Shown here one piece after another: positions 61,331-64,000 of a DNA stretch of 64,000 nucleotides. The number at the start of each line of letters is the position of its first letter. Position 1 is the stretch's first letter. The notes beneath the pieces were generated by a model, which was not told the DNA's origin, did no database searches, and saw only the letters and a program-made list of their open reading frames with translations. Source of the DNA: the human T2T-CHM13v2.0 reference genome, Homo sapiens; NCBI RefSeq assembly GCF_009914755.1, contig NC_060937.1; one strand, given 5' to 3'. Made by a program: the position numbers and the translations under genes.

Positions 61331-61429
61331 AAGGAGCAATGGTGACAGTGTTTCATGAATGACAAATTTTGATCAATCAAACTCTGTGCACCAGAATATT
61401 AAAATTATTATTATTATTAATAATAGTAT

Positions 61430-61630
61430 TAGTATGGGCAAGGAACTGGGCTAATCACCATCTATGTAGTATTTTATTTAATCTTCACAAGAATCCTATG
61501 AGATAGGAGCTATTGCTATTCCCACTTCATACATAAGAAACTGAGACTTAGCGGTCACACAAGTAGCAAGTGGTGGAGCTCAGATCTGATTTCCACGCCT
61601 GTGAGATCCTAGAGCTTTTTTAGTTATGCT
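61430..61630 (-). mobile_element. MIR SINE
   Basis: tttaatcttcacaagaatcctatgagatagg...gaaactgagacttag. Confidence 0.75.
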
Positions 61631-62049
61631 CCCAATCTCACTACCCCAACCCCCAAGACAGAAGCCAAGGCTGTGATTGGGTCCATCAAGCCCATGAGCA
61701 GGATTCCACCAGTGGGATCTGGGTTAGCCGCAGGCATACAGTGCTAAGAAATTTCCTGGCAGGGTTATTACCTAGAGTCAACAAAAATGGCTGCCATTTC
61801 GGAAAATGAAACATTGGCTAATTCAGGGACATTATTAGAAACTGCTGCTGGGACAGAGCAAGCTTCTGGGGAAGCAGGACATTAGGTGCAGTGATGGTAA
61901 AGCCTCTGCACCCAGTGAGCATGCATGCATGGAGCCAAGTGTCAATGGATTGAGACATCATTGAAAGGTACTTCCAAGTGGCCCAGTCCAAAGTCATGGT
62001 CCTGAGAAGCATGAGCTGCTTTCTGCCTTTAGTCTTGCCTAATTCTGTT

Positions 62050-62413
<364 letters not shown>

Positions 62414-64000
62414 TGAAGAATAAGTGGTGGTTGCTGAGCTGCCCTCTGCATTAAAGCTCACCTTGGGCATTCTCTTCTTTCTTGTCTTCCTCAACTGAGA
62501 AGGTGCTCAACTGATTCACGATTCTCAACCACAAGGGACAAGCACCTTTGAAGAAGCACGAGTGAGTGTTAGCAGTTCTCCTCAGCAACAGTGTGGGGCT
62601 TTGTCATTACAAAACACTCAAATATCAATTAGGGTAAGTGGGAGGTGGGGTAGCAGGAGAGGCTAGAGTGAAGTCATCTATTCCAGGCATTTCCAGTTAG
62701 TCTCTTTGGATCAATTCAGTGTTTCATGCTAGTTCTCAACCCATACACCTCTTAATCTACCTTAATTTCTGTTAGGCAAGAAAAGCAGAAGAGCTCTTAT
62801 ACAACACTTGAAGAAATAGGCATTAATAGGCCCTGAGGGCACAGTCTATGGGATGGCTGCTTTGCTGTATCCCTCTGTGTCCTGAAAGCAGTGTGCACTC
62901 TTTGATAGTAGAAGGATACTACATGGACAGGCAGAGAGATGTCAAGTCCTCACACACACTGAGACACCAGTTCACATTCTCAGAAGGGAAGATGTCCCAA
63001 AGTCCAAGCAATATGTCACTGAGTATACCAACCAGTTTCCTATATGAGACAAAAGCAAAATAAAAGACCTAGTCCTTATTCTGGAGAAACTTGTATTACA
63101 GTCAAATGACACAGCACTAGGCGAGGCTCACTTCCACACCCCTACTCAGGGCTCATTCAAAGACTCTGCCATCAGCCCTAAAAGCAGATAGTCTGGGCTT
63201 CAGAGCTGAGGAAGCATTCACATGGGGTTCAAAGCAATATTTTCTTCCTTGATATGATCTCTGCACGATTACTCTTGTTTTGTCTTTGGCATGTGAATTG
63301 AGAAAATGTAGTTCAATTGGAGCTTGGTGTAGATCTTTACGGTTTAGGAAAGGGCTCCATGCAATTAGATGGTGCAATTATTAGCATCCTGTATGCCTCC
63401 TGTAAAGCAGCAGCAGTGCCAACGGTCTTGATAATTGGATTGTTTTTATGAGCAGACACAGGCATTGGATAAAGGCCTTGGGAGCTCCTCCTGCTTGTCT
63501 GGAATCTGGAGGATGAACTGAGTTTGTGTAATCTAAAGGCCAAGTCCTGCCAGCCAAAGCTAGATTGGGGTTGGGGTGGTTCACATATGTGAAGGCTTTG
63601 AAATAAAGAGGATTTGATCTTGGGAGACAGATGCTGCTTGCCTTGACTAATTATCCATTTTGGAAGAGAACATAGCATCCTTAGTGCTGGAAGACTTTCC
63701 ACGTTGAGGGATTTCTCTTCCTGTGTCCCCAGGCACTTGTGGGTGCCACCCAGCCTCTGCAGCTGCAGCAGCACAAGCCCAGCAACCTACCTGGCTTAAT
63801 ACAAGGAGCCCAACACCGTCTTAAGCCAGAAATTCGTGTCACCGTCACAGGTCTCCATAGCAACCTTTCATGCTAAAAGAAGGACATTTGTAAATATGCA
63901 TTTTGCAAGCCTTCTTTTCTGATTCAAAATATCAGCCTTTTGAGAACAACTCACTTTGTCAGCTATGTCTTGCTGCTGGAAGGCTGAGGAAATGGGGACT

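Overview
This is primate genomic DNA, very likely human given the AluJ/AluS/AluY content. It is non-coding (intronic or intergenic) and I could not assign it to a named locus. No intact protein-coding exon, RNA gene or CRISPR array is recognisable; the ORF track is explained by Alu, Tigger1, L1, microsatellite and chance ORFs. Much of the window is interspersed repeat: about 20 Alus (many with clear target-site duplications, TSDs), a near-full-length Tigger1, Tigger4b, MER1B, MER5, MER33, MaLR/ERVL LTRs, five MER4-group ERV1 solo LTRs (three LTR8-like), and L1M, L2, L3 and MIR fragments. The most notable items are: (1) a probable ancient retrocopy of the HNRNPA3 distal 3' UTR interrupted by MLT2D; (2) a three-level nest, MER34-type LTR > LTR8 (inserted at a TATA-like site) > young AluY; (3) a cluster of ARE/MARE motifs, a consensus CTCF site and a candidate minus-strand first exon at 5.2-7.7 kb; (4) a perfect 14-bp-arm palindrome; (5) a scrambled L1. 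Repeat subfamily names come from recalled consensus sequences, not a database search. I found no evidence for a genuinely new biological system.
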